Made by a program: the position numbers and the translations under genes
The notes under the pieces: generated by a model
Database searches by the model: none
Seen by the model: the letters and a program-made list of their open reading frames with translations, nothing else
Told to the model about the DNA's origin: nothing
Shown here: positions 10,728-19,075 of the stretch, piece by piece
Position numbering within the stretch: position 1 is the first letter of the stretch
Layout: each line of letters opens with the position of its first letter
Source: Candidatus Kaiserbacteria bacterium
GTDB taxonomy: Bacteria > Patescibacteriota > Minisyncoccia > Phycocordibacterales > UBA2100
DNA: 64,000 nt
Assembly (NCBI GenBank): GCA_963767115.1
Contig: CAVYCR010000003.1
Location: forward strand, 27,559 to 91,558
Direction: 5' to 3'

Positions 10728-11267
10728 ATGAACGATGAACTACACGACGAGATTGATTTCGAGCCCGAAGATGAGATGGGAGGTGAGGGTGCCGCAAAGG
10801 CGAAGATCGCAAAGCTGCGCGAGCAATTGAGAGAAGCCCAAGCGAAGCGTGACGAATATTTGGCCGGCTGGCAACGTGAGAAGGCTGATGCTGTCAATGC
10901 TAAGAAGGAAGCATCTGCTGGGCACGAGCGCCATCATGCGCGTGGCAAAGAATCAGTTATCGAAGAAATCGTTCCCGTCCTCGATAGCTTCGACATGGCC
11001 TCCGCTGGGGAAGCCTGGGAGAATGTCGACGAGAGCTGGCGCAGCGGCATCGACCAGATCAGGAACCAGCTGCTTGGGGTGCTTTCGCGCCACGGCATTG
11101 AGCGGTACGGCAAGGTAGGTGACACGTTTGATCATTCTCATTACGAGGTAGTGCAAGAAATGGACGACGTCGCGGGTGAGAGCGGTGAAATCGTACGCAT
11201 CCTTCGATATGGTTATAAGACGGGCGACCGTGTGATCCGTCCGGCGCAGGTGATCGTTAAGCGCTAG
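10728..11267 (+). CDS. grpE: nucleotide exchange factor GrpE
   Basis: Acidic N-terminus, coiled coil, C-terminal GrpE beta-domain (...FDHSHYEVVQEMD...GYKTGDRVIRPAQVIV). Start at ATG 10728. Confidence 0.88.
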   Translation: MNDELHDEIDFEPEDEMGGEGAAKAKIAKLREQLREAQAKRDEYLAGWQREKADAVNAKKEASAGHERHHARGKESVIEEIVPVLDSFDMASAGEAWENVDESWRSGIDQIRNQLLGVLSRHGIERYGKVGDTFDHSHYEVVQEMDDVAGESGEIVRILRYGYKTGDRVIRPAQVIVKR

Positions 11268-11276
11268 TATTTATCA

Positions 11277-11395
11277 ATACCTCGAATGCGATCGAGCGAA
11301 TAGTTTGATTCTTAATACCTCGATGCTTTGCATCGGTCCTTTAACCCTCCCCGTATTCTCTTCGATACCTCGGTGCTCTGCACTAGGGTAGTTCA
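11277..11395 (+). repeat. three degenerate direct repeats, each ATACCTCG followed by a short unit-specific hairpin
   Basis: ATACCTCG at 11277, 11315 and 11365. Hairpins are ctcgaatgcgatcgag, cgatgctttgcatcg and gtgctctgcac. Confidence 0.6.
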
Positions 11396-11413
11396 TTGAC
11401 TGCTCTCTCGCAA

Positions 11414-11449
11414 CTCCTGTAATTTACCCAATTGGTGAATTTACAGGAG
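11414..11449. promoter_or_regulatory. 36-bp near-palindrome (candidate operator), copy 1
   Basis: ctcctgtaatttacccaattggtgaatttacaggag: 15 of 18 symmetric pairs. Ends 26 nt before ATG 11476 and overlaps a TTGACT-N16-TGTAAT promoter-like motif. Confidence 0.6.
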
Positions 11450-11475
11450 CACTGTATGATGATACGATCAAAGAT

Positions 11476-12057
11476 ATGGCGACCAAATTTGCAGGTATCA
11501 AAACTGTCGCGGAATACCGACGCGGCGAGCTGGCGCGTGATATCTTGCGACTCATCGGCGCAGGGGTCGCTGTCGGAGCCACTATTGTTGCGCCTAATAC
11601 CGTGCAACTCATAGATTATTTAGATCCGAAAGGTCGCAATGAACGCAATCGAATCTGGAAAACTATCAAGTATCTCGAGGAAAAAGACCGTGTGACTTTC
11701 CAGGAGCGTGACGGCCATACGTACGTGCAACTTACTGCAACGGGTAGGCAGCAGCTCGATGAGGATGCTATTTGGGAACTTGCGATCGCGCGTCCGCGGC
11801 GCTGGGATCACAAGTGGCGCATCGTGATGTTTGATTTGCCGAGCAAGCGTGAGACCGCACGACAGGCTTTTCGACATAAGCTGGAGGATCTTGGCTTCAA
11901 GTTTTATCAGAGGTCGGTGTTTATTTTCCCGTATGAATGCGCGCAAGAGGTCAATACCGTCGCGCAGTGGTATGGCGTCGAGCAGTATGTGCGGTATATA
12001 GTTGCGACCGAGATCAACGACATGCGCCGTTTCGCGCAATTATTTGACTTGCTTTGA
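11476..12057 (+). CDS. putative transcriptional regulator: winged-helix N-domain plus PaaX_C/Cas2-like C-domain
   Basis: 193 aa. IWKTIKYLEEKDRVTFQERDGHTYVQLTATGRQQL is wHTH-like. WRIVMFDLPSKRETARQAFRHKLEDLGFKFYQRSVFIFP has the Cas2/PaaX_C-type beta-alpha-beta pattern. Confidence 0.5.
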   Translation: MATKFAGIKTVAEYRRGELARDILRLIGAGVAVGATIVAPNTVQLIDYLDPKGRNERNRIWKTIKYLEEKDRVTFQERDGHTYVQLTATGRQQLDEDAIWELAIARPRRWDHKWRIVMFDLPSKRETARQAFRHKLEDLGFKFYQRSVFIFPYECAQEVNTVAQWYGVEQYVRYIVATEINDMRRFAQLFDLL

Positions 12058-12081
12058 ATATCAGTTACACTATATTTAAAG

Positions 12082-12117
12082 CTCCAGTAAATTCACCAAT
12101 TGGTTAAATTACAGGAG
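12082..12117. promoter_or_regulatory. 36-bp near-palindrome (candidate operator), copy 2
   Basis: ctccagtaaattcaccaattggttaaattacaggag matches the reverse complement of copy 1 at 34/36. Ends 63 nt upstream of the dnaK ATG. Confidence 0.6.
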
Positions 12118-12180
12118 CACGTGCAAAACCACTGCAACTTTTATATACTTATAAAAAAACTATTAGAATAACCACAAAAT

Positions 12181-14040
12181 ATGGCAAAAATCATAGGCAT
12201 TGATTTGGGCACGACCAATTCTGCGATAGCAGTCGTCAAAGGCGGCGAGCCGGAAATCTTGGAAAACGCGGAGGGTGCGCGCACGACGCCTTCGATCGTC
12301 GCTACATCGAAGACTGGCGAGCGCCTTGTAGGCCTTCTTGCGAAGCGCCAGGCCGTCACCAATCCAAAGAACACAGTTTACCAGATCAAGCGCTTCATCG
12401 GCCACAACTTCGACGAGCCGCTCGTGCAGAAAGACCGCGGAGCCGTGCCTTTTGAGACACAAAAATCCGCTAACGGAGGCATCGAGGTCAAAATGGACGA
12501 CAAGTGGTATCGCCCCGAAGAGATTTCAGCGATGATCCTCCAGAAGCTCAAGGCAGATGCAGAGGCACGCCTCGGTGAGACCATCACGGAGGCAGTCATC
12601 ACGGTGCCCGCTTACTTCAATGATTCGCAACGCCAAGCCACCAAGGATGCCGGCAAGATCGCAGGCCTCGACGTGAAGCGCATCATCAACGAGCCGACCG
12701 CGGCTGCGCTTGCCTACGGCTTCAACAAGAAGAAGAACGAGAAAATCGTCGTCTTCGACTTCGGCGGCGGCACCTTCGATATCTCCGTGCTCGAAGTGGG
12801 CGACGATGTGATCGAGGTACGTTCGACCGACGGCGACGCGCACCTCGGCGGCAAGGACATCGACCAGAAGATCATGGATTGGATCGCAGAGGAGTTCAAG
12901 AAAGAAAGCGGCATCGACGTGCGCAATGACCCGCTCGGACGCCAGCGTCTCGACGAAGCCGCGGAGAAGGCCAAGATCGAACTCTCAACTGCGCTCGAAA
13001 GCGAGATCAACATCCCATTCATTACCTCGGACAGTTCCGGCCCGCGTCACTTGCTCGTGAAGCTTACACGCGGCAAGCTTGAAGAACTCACCCAGGAATT
13101 CGTCGATCGCGCGATGACCATCACCAAACGTGCGATGGAAGCATCACCCTTCAAGGTCAGTGATATCAACGAAGTCGTGCTTGTCGGAGGCCAGACTCGC
13201 ATGCCCGCTCTGCAGAAAGCAGTCGAGCAATTCTTCTCCCGCAAGCCCAACATGAGCGTCAACCCCGACGAGGTTGTGGCGCTTGGCGCCGCTATACAAG
13301 GCGGTATCTTGCAGGGTGATGTGAAAGACGTGCTCCTACTCGATGTGATCCCGCTTTCACTCGGTATCGAGACCATGGGCGGCGTCGCGACCAAGCTCAT
13401 CGAGCGCAACACGACCATCCCGACCTCGCGCTCGCAAACGTTCTCTACCGCTTCTGACAACCAACCCTCGGTCGAGATCCACGTCGTGCAAGGCGAACGC
13501 CCGATGGCTCCCGACAACAAATCACTTGGCCGTTTCAACCTCGACGGTATTCCGCCGGCGCCGCGCGGTATGCCCCAGGTCGAGGTTACCTTCGATATCG
13601 ACGCCAACGGCATACTTACCGTGAAGGCAAAAGACAAGACGACCAACAAAGAGCAGTCGATACGCATCGAGGGCTCCTCAGGCCTCTCAGATGCCGACAT
13701 CCAGAAAATGCGTGAAGACGCCGAGAAAAACGCAGACATCGACAAGCAAAAACACGAGCTTGTGGAAGCACAAAACGCAGCCGATCAAATTGTGTATGCG
13801 GCGGAGAAGGCACTCAAGGATCATGGCGACAAGGTCGGCGATGATATCAAGAAGGGCGTGCAGGAAAAGATCGATGCGCTCAAGACTGCGCGCAACGGCA
13901 GCGATCTTGCGGTTATCAAGTCAGCTTCTGAGGCACTTTCTACAGAGATGAGCAAAATCGGCGAGACCATGTCTAAGAACCAAGAATCGCCACAAGCATC
14001 GACCGACCAGTCTCCGCCTTCTGACAATAACCAACAATAA
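12181..14040 (+). CDS. dnaK: molecular chaperone DnaK (Hsp70)
   Basis: 619 aa with canonical Hsp70 motifs ([30 protein letters not shown]). Confidence 0.97.
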   Translation: MAKIIGIDLGTTNSAIAVVKGGEPEILENAEGARTTPSIVATSKTGERLVGLLAKRQAVTNPKNTVYQIKRFIGHNFDEPLVQKDRGAVPFETQKSANGGIEVKMDDKWYRPEEISAMILQKLKADAEARLGETITEAVITVPAYFNDSQRQATKDAGKIAGLDVKRIINEPTAAALAYGFNKKKNEKIVVFDFGGGTFDISVLEVGDDVIEVRSTDGDAHLGGKDIDQKIMDWIAEEFKKESGIDVRNDPLGRQRLDEAAEKAKIELSTALESEINIPFITSDSSGPRHLLVKLTRGKLEELTQEFVDRAMTITKRAMEASPFKVSDINEVVLVGGQTRMPALQKAVEQFFSRKPNMSVNPDEVVALGAAIQGGILQGDVKDVLLLDVIPLSLGIETMGGVATKLIERNTTIPTSRSQTFSTASDNQPSVEIHVVQGERPMAPDNKSLGRFNLDGIPPAPRGMPQVEVTFDIDANGILTVKAKDKTTNKEQSIRIEGSSGLSDADIQKMREDAEKNADIDKQKHELVEAQNAADQIVYAAEKALKDHGDKVGDDIKKGVQEKIDALKTARNGSDLAVIKSASEALSTEMSKIGETMSKNQESPQASTDQSPPSDNNQQ

Positions 14041-14053
14041 GCACAAGACCATC

Positions 14054-14131
14054 GACCTCGCCCAAAGAAATATTCTTTTGCGACCCGAACGATAGGCGGA
14101 AGCGCAAAAGAATATTTCTTTGGGCGAGGTC
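14054..14131. repeat. foldback element, type 1: perfect 29-bp arms and a 20-nt loop
   Basis: Arms 14054-14082 and 14103-14131 are exact reverse complements. The loop is acccgaacgataggcggaag. Confidence 0.85.
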
Positions 14132-14165
14132 TGGTATATTTCTATCTCAGGCACATAATGTAACT

Positions 14166-15245
14166 ATGAAAGATTATTACGAAATCCTCGGCGTGCCGAA
14201 AGGTGCCAGCGAAGACGACATCAAGAAAGCATTCCGCAAGCTCGCGCAGAAGCATCACCCCGACAAGAAGGGAGGCGACGAAGCGAAGTTCAAGGAGGCG
14301 AGCGAGGCATATGCCGTGCTTTCTGACAAAAAGAAGCGCGCTGAGTATGACGCCTACGGCAAGACATTTGCTGGCCATTCGACAGGCTCAGGCCAAGGTG
14401 GTCCATTTGGCGGGTTCGATTTCTCAAATTTTACCAACGGGGGCGGACAAGGACAACAATTCGAATTCGACCTCGGAGATATATTTGGTGATATCTTCGG
14501 CGGAGGCAGCGCGCAACAACAAGCGCGAGGACGTGACGTCTCGATCGATATCGAGCTCTCGTTTCGCGAAAGCGTCTTTGGCACGGAGCGACGCGTCCTT
14601 GTATCTAAAATAGGTCTCTGTGATACCTGCAATGGCTCTGGTGCCAAGCCAGGCACGAAGATGACCCAATGCAAGACCTGCAACGGCAAAGGCGAGATCC
14701 GTGAGACACGCAATACATTCTTCGGTCAATTCACGTCGGCGCGTGTGTGCTCCACTTGTAATGGTCGCGGTGAAGTTCCCGAGACACCGTGTCCGACATG
14801 TCAGGGCAGAGGTGTAATGAAAAAGCAAGAAGAGATCCATATCCAAGTGCCATCAGGCGTCCAAGACGGCGAGATGATCCGCATGACAGGCCGTGGTGAA
14901 GTAGTACAAGCCGGCGGGGCAGGGGATCTCTATGTGAAGTTGCATGTCAAAAAAGATCCTGCATTTTCGCGCGAAGGAAATAACTTGCTGACGAATCTTT
15001 CGATCAAGCTTACCGACGCGCTTCTCGGAGGACAGTACACTATCCGGTCGCTCGACGGCGATGAGAAGATCAACGTCTCGCCCGGGGTCGCGCATGGCGA
15101 GATCATTCGCGTGCGCGGCAAAGGTGTGCCCACCGCCAGAAGCGGCCGCGGAGATCTTCTCGTGCGTATCGACATTGAATTCCCCAAGAAGCTTTCGCGC
15201 AGCGCGCGCGACCTCATCGAGAAGCTGCGTAGTGAAGGATTGTAG
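14166..15245 (+). CDS. dnaJ: molecular chaperone DnaJ (Hsp40)
   Basis: J-domain with HPD (KHHPDKK), a G/F-rich region, and four CxxCxGxG zinc-finger repeats. Confidence 0.95.
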   Translation: MKDYYEILGVPKGASEDDIKKAFRKLAQKHHPDKKGGDEAKFKEASEAYAVLSDKKKRAEYDAYGKTFAGHSTGSGQGGPFGGFDFSNFTNGGGQGQQFEFDLGDIFGDIFGGGSAQQQARGRDVSIDIELSFRESVFGTERRVLVSKIGLCDTCNGSGAKPGTKMTQCKTCNGKGEIRETRNTFFGQFTSARVCSTCNGRGEVPETPCPTCQGRGVMKKQEEIHIQVPSGVQDGEMIRMTGRGEVVQAGGAGDLYVKLHVKKDPAFSREGNNLLTNLSIKLTDALLGGQYTIRSLDGDEKINVSPGVAHGEIIRVRGKGVPTARSGRGDLLVRIDIEFPKKLSRSARDLIEKLRSEGL

Positions 15246-15254
15246 CAGGTGACA

Positions 15255-15362
15255 TATCCCAGCTGCGGCTGTTTTGCCGTCTACGCAGGCGCGGCGGCGC
15301 CGAGTCCGAGCGCTGGGCGAGCACGCCCAGACAGCGACGGCAAAACAGCCGCAGCTGGGATA
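15255..15362. repeat. foldback element, type 2: perfect 27-bp arms and a 54-nt core with two internal hairpins
   Basis: Arms 15255-15281 and 15336-15362 are exact reverse complements. The core is shared with 55975..56094. Confidence 0.85.
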
Positions 15363-15387
15363 CGCCAAGGAAAACGTAGGTTATACT

Positions 15388-15909
15388 ATGAAGGTTATGC
15401 ATTTGATTGCGCCTTCATTTTCACTCCCGTCACTCGCTGTCTTTTCACAGTTCCCGATCGACTGGGCGATCGTGATTGTATTCTTCATCATAGTCACTTT
15501 TGACGCACTGCGCTCCGGTCCATCGCGTGCCGCCACCATTTCTCTTGCGTGGCCTATCGCACTTTTCGCATTCGGCCTTTTACCGCAGACATTCCTCATC
15601 GGCAAAATATTTCTCACCATTCAGTCGCAATCACCGATTGCCCAAGCGGCCGTATTCTTGATCCTGCTCGTCGGATTCTTCGCGCTCATCTACCGTACGA
15701 CGCATATTTTTGGTAGTTCCAATGGCTTTCTCTTCGCGCTCCTTGCCGGAATGAGCGCGACAATAATAACAATTACCCTGTGGCTCCAAGAGCCAGCACT
15801 CCAAGTAATCTGGCATTTCGGTCCGCAGATCCAAATGATCTTCGGCGGCGCATACACCCTTTTCTGGCTTATTGGATCGTATATCGCCCTAGCTTTTATC
15901 AAAAGCTAA
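15388..15909 (+). CDS. integral membrane protein (about 5 TM helices)
   Basis: Hydrophobic ORF. Start moved to ATG 15388 so the CDS does not run through the foldback element. Confidence 0.55.
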   Translation: MKVMHLIAPSFSLPSLAVFSQFPIDWAIVIVFFIIVTFDALRSGPSRAATISLAWPIALFAFGLLPQTFLIGKIFLTIQSQSPIAQAAVFLILLVGFFALIYRTTHIFGSSNGFLFALLAGMSATIITITLWLQEPALQVIWHFGPQIQMIFGGAYTLFWLIGSYIALAFIKS

Positions 15910-15989
15910 GTGTGGTAATCTCCTACAGTGGCTACATAGACCCAGAGCTTCATCTAATATTCTAGGAGTGTCGGGCAAGATATCCACAG

Positions 15990-16018
15990 TTGCTCATTGA
16001 AACTTGCATTATTATAAT
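15990..16018 (+). promoter_or_regulatory. sigma70-like promoter (TTGCTC-N17-TATAAT)
   Basis: -35 at 15990-15995 and -10 at 16013-16018. Followed by the RBS aaaggagg 6 nt before ATG 16083. Confidence 0.5.
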
Positions 16019-16082
16019 ATTGTGTTATCATCGAGGCTAGGATCACTGACATCCTATAGGGCAAACTTGAAAGGAGGATGAC

Positions 16083-16577
16083 ATGCGTACGAGTCTGATT
16101 TCTATCCTAAGTGCGTGCTTGTTCGCATACAGCGGCGCTGGACACGCACAGGAAGCTACCACAGGTTCAGTAATAAAGACCTATGGTGCTCTATCAATCG
16201 GACCCGGGGGTGCGATTGGCTGGGTTCAAGATGAGTCTTCGCGAGACGATGCGTCGTCGAGTGCGCTGGCGACCTGTTGGAACAAATTGCCAGCGCATGT
16301 ACTACTGACCAAATGCGTGGTCGGTACGGCATCGGCAAACTACTATCTTGCGGCGGTGTGGTGCGACCACAAAACACCAAACGGGTTGCACTTCGCTCGG
16401 TACGCTGTCGGCGGCGACCTGACTGAAAAAATCGCGGGGAATGTCGCCATTGACAAGCTCACTGAGGATGGAAATGTACTGCCTGCGGACTGTAAAGTCA
16501 TTAAGACTATCCAGGTCGGGGCTGATTCAGCCAAACCTGCCCCGAAAACGGCAACAGTTATTGGACAGCAAGGGTGA
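16083..16577 (+). CDS. secreted protein (signal peptide; possibly DUF4189-like)
   Basis: MRTSLISILSACLFAYSGAGHAQEA looks like a signal peptide. Cys-containing YGALSIGPGG...ALATC pattern, strong SD, terminator downstream. Confidence 0.6.
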   Translation: MRTSLISILSACLFAYSGAGHAQEATTGSVIKTYGALSIGPGGAIGWVQDESSRDDASSSALATCWNKLPAHVLLTKCVVGTASANYYLAAVWCDHKTPNGLHFARYAVGGDLTEKIAGNVAIDKLTEDGNVLPADCKVIKTIQVGADSAKPAPKTATVIGQQG

Positions 16578-16584
16578 TGACATG

Positions 16585-16629
16585 GGCGCGAACGAATACA
16601 AATCGTTCGCGCCTTTATGTTTTTTATTT
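16585..16629 (+). terminator. Rho-independent terminator
   Basis: 11-bp stem ggcgcgaacga/tcgttcgcgcc, 7-nt loop, then tttatgttttttattt. Confidence 0.8.
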
Positions 16630-16763
16630 ACAAATACAGAACTTTGGGAAGGTGTTTATAAAATGTATCCACAATATTGACGCTACTCACTTTTTCATGT
16701 TCTTGTGGTACAATTCGCAACAGGTCCCGAGAGAGGGGCTTATATAACGTAAGGAGTTCTGTG

Positions 16764-17372
16764 ATGAATCAGCGGCTTCGTCGAGAAGACATGGTCCCTG
16801 CGGAAGAGATAGGATCGAGAACCCGGATCGAGGCATTTCTTGGAGTCAGTTTACCCGAAGGCTTTGAAATCAACCCGACTGATGCAGTCGAACTGTTGGA
16901 TCAATCTGCGCTTGGCGAGTTGATGTTGGAGCGCCCGCCGTTTTTCTTCATTGAAAAAGCAGCCGCCATTGCGGATGGGAATGGTACTTTCAAGACTGTC
17001 TTTGGCTACTTCCACATGACCGAGGCGCACGTGGCGGGACATTTCCAGGGTCGTCCGATTGTTCCACTCATTGAACTATGCAAGGGTATGGCTCAGACCG
17101 GGATCGCCCTCGCCGCACTCCAAGGCAACGAGACGGTTGCACCAATCGCAATTTCTGCCGGCGCTTCAAAGGCAACCGCCAAGAGCCTGATTGATGCACC
17201 TGCAAGGATCCTGACCAGGGTAGAGCTTACCGGAAGACGTGCAGCACTGTCTTTCGTGGACGGCGTTACCTATCTGGTCAATGACCATAACACGACGGAG
17301 ATCGGCAGACTCGAGAGGATCGTATATACGCTTGTTTTGCGTACCGAACTTCTCAAGGGAGGTGTTGCGTAA
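16764..17372 (+). CDS. FabA/FabZ-like hotdog-fold protein
   Basis: HVAGHFQGRPIVPLIELCKGMAQTG resembles the FabZ motif HFPxxPVxPGVLxxEAxAQ. AAGGAG RBS 7 nt upstream of ATG 16764. Confidence 0.55.
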   Translation: MNQRLRREDMVPAEEIGSRTRIEAFLGVSLPEGFEINPTDAVELLDQSALGELMLERPPFFFIEKAAAIADGNGTFKTVFGYFHMTEAHVAGHFQGRPIVPLIELCKGMAQTGIALAALQGNETVAPIAISAGASKATAKSLIDAPARILTRVELTGRRAALSFVDGVTYLVNDHNTTEIGRLERIVYTLVLRTELLKGGVA

Positions 17373-17400
17373 ATTTGTCTAAGCTCCTCTCTCATCTTTG

Positions 17401-17436
17401 ATCCGCGACAGTAGGCAACTACGTCGCGGATTTTCA
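17401..17436 (+). terminator. Rho-independent terminator
   Basis: atccgcgac-N13-gtcgcggat followed by tttt. Confidence 0.65.
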
Positions 17437-17451
17437 CGTTATACTTTCTTT

Positions 17452-19038
17452 ATGCATATAGATTGGCAAGTTCTCCTACTTCTAGTTGTGGGTTCGGTTG
17501 ATCTTTTGCTTGGCCTTATTATATTCTTGCAAAATGTACGCAATGCAACAAACATTGCCTACAGTATCTTCGCGTTACCCGTAGCTCTCTGGGGGTTTGC
17601 AGTTGCATTGTACTTAGGATCTACAGATCCGTACCACATAGTTTTGTATGCAAAGTCATTGTATTTTGCAGGTGGTACTATCCCAGCCGTATTTCTCTTC
17701 TTCTCGATTGTTTTCTCAGACAATGCATACATCAGAAAATGGTGGGTGTATTTGCTTTTTATACCAACTATTATTTTTGCGTATCTCTATTTCTTTACAG
17801 ATACGATGATCATTGGGTATTTAGTCGAACCTGACGGCACTAGGGCATTTATATATGGAAAACTACACCTCCTTTTTGACCTGCATCTATGGGCTATCTT
17901 TACGATCGCTTTTTTTCAGCTAATTTTCAAGTATTCAAGAGTGCAAGGACTTGAGAGACTTAATACGCTTTTCATTATTCTTGGTACGTATGCCGTACTT
18001 GCAATTGCCGGTGTAAGTAATGTTATAGCGCCTCTTATTGGAATTTTTAATGTTATTTGGATAGGTCCGTCAGCAACGATCTTCTGGGTAGGAGTTGTAG
18101 CATATGCCGTGATCAAGCATCAACTTTTCAACATTCGGACTATCGCGGCAGAACTTCTCGTTGTGTCTTTATGGCTCTTGATGCTATTCCGTGTGTTTTT
18201 CTCTGAGACCATCAATGATGTAGTCATAAACGGATTATTTTTCCTAGTTACTCTCGTACTTGGAATGCTCCTTATCCGCAGTATTTTGCTTGAAGTATTT
18301 CAACGTGAATTAATTGAAAAGCAGGCAAAGGATCTTGAGACCATTAACACCCAACAAGAAAACCTGCTCCATTTCATTAGCCATGAGGTCAAGGGATACT
18401 TGGCCAAAAGCGAGGCGGCTTTTGCCGCGATCGTGCAGGGAGATTATGGTGAAGTGTCTCCCGAGCTTGGGGCGATGTCTCGCATCGGGCTCGACGACAT
18501 GCGCAAGGGCGTGCGCACGGTCATCGACATTCTCGACGCTTCCAACCTCAAGAAGGGTACCGTCTATTTCAAGAATAATATTTTTGACATGAGGGATGTC
18601 GTTGAGAAGACCGTCAAACACCTCAAGCCTACGGCTGAGGAAAAAGGTCTTACGGTCGAGACCTCGATCGCGTGGGAAGTGCCGTGCAAGATCAACGGCG
18701 ACGAGGCGAAGATCCGCGAGCACGTGGTGCGCAACCTCATCGACAACGCGATCAAGTACACGCCCGCCGGCTCGATCAAGGTCAAGCTCGCAAAGACAGG
18801 CAACGTCATCCGCTTCGTCGTCGAAGATAGCGGTGTCGGGATCACGTCGGAAGACATGCAGAGACTCTTCACCGAAGGCGGTCACGGCAAGGATTCGATC
18901 AAGATCAACGTGCACTCGACCGGCTATGGTCTCTATATAGCGAAGCAGGTCGTCGATGCGCACAAGGGCAAGATCTGGGCCGAATCCGACGGACAAGGCA
19001 AAGGTTCTCGATTCATCGTCGAGCTACCGGCAGCATAA
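17452..19038 (+). CDS. sensor histidine kinase with a polytopic (about 7-8 TM) N-terminal domain; no cognate response regulator adjacent
   Basis: H-box FISHEVKGYL, N-box NLIDNAIKYT, G-boxes DSGVGI and GYGLYI. Confidence 0.85.
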   Translation: MHIDWQVLLLLVVGSVDLLLGLIIFLQNVRNATNIAYSIFALPVALWGFAVALYLGSTDPYHIVLYAKSLYFAGGTIPAVFLFFSIVFSDNAYIRKWWVYLLFIPTIIFAYLYFFTDTMIIGYLVEPDGTRAFIYGKLHLLFDLHLWAIFTIAFFQLIFKYSRVQGLERLNTLFIILGTYAVLAIAGVSNVIAPLIGIFNVIWIGPSATIFWVGVVAYAVIKHQLFNIRTIAAELLVVSLWLLMLFRVFFSETINDVVINGLFFLVTLVLGMLLIRSILLEVFQRELIEKQAKDLETINTQQENLLHFISHEVKGYLAKSEAAFAAIVQGDYGEVSPELGAMSRIGLDDMRKGVRTVIDILDASNLKKGTVYFKNNIFDMRDVVEKTVKHLKPTAEEKGLTVETSIAWEVPCKINGDEAKIREHVVRNLIDNAIKYTPAGSIKVKLAKTGNVIRFVVEDSGVGITSEDMQRLFTEGGHGKDSIKINVHSTGYGLYIAKQVVDAHKGKIWAESDGQGKGSRFIVELPAA

Positions 19039-19040
19039 AT

Positions 19041-19075
19041 AGTGATGTCCGACATCACTAATATCGTTATTTTTA
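19041..19075. terminator. hairpin between convergent genes (probable bidirectional terminator)
   Basis: agtgatg-tccga-catcact followed by a T-rich run. Lies between the histidine kinase stop and the thrS stop. Confidence 0.5.

Noticed and set aside
14054-14131. Foldback elements as autonomous mobile elements or integron attC sites
   Set aside because: No transposase, integrase or intI is present in the window. The arms are perfect, without the extrahelical bases typical of attC. I kept them as an unexplained repeat family and not as a named element.
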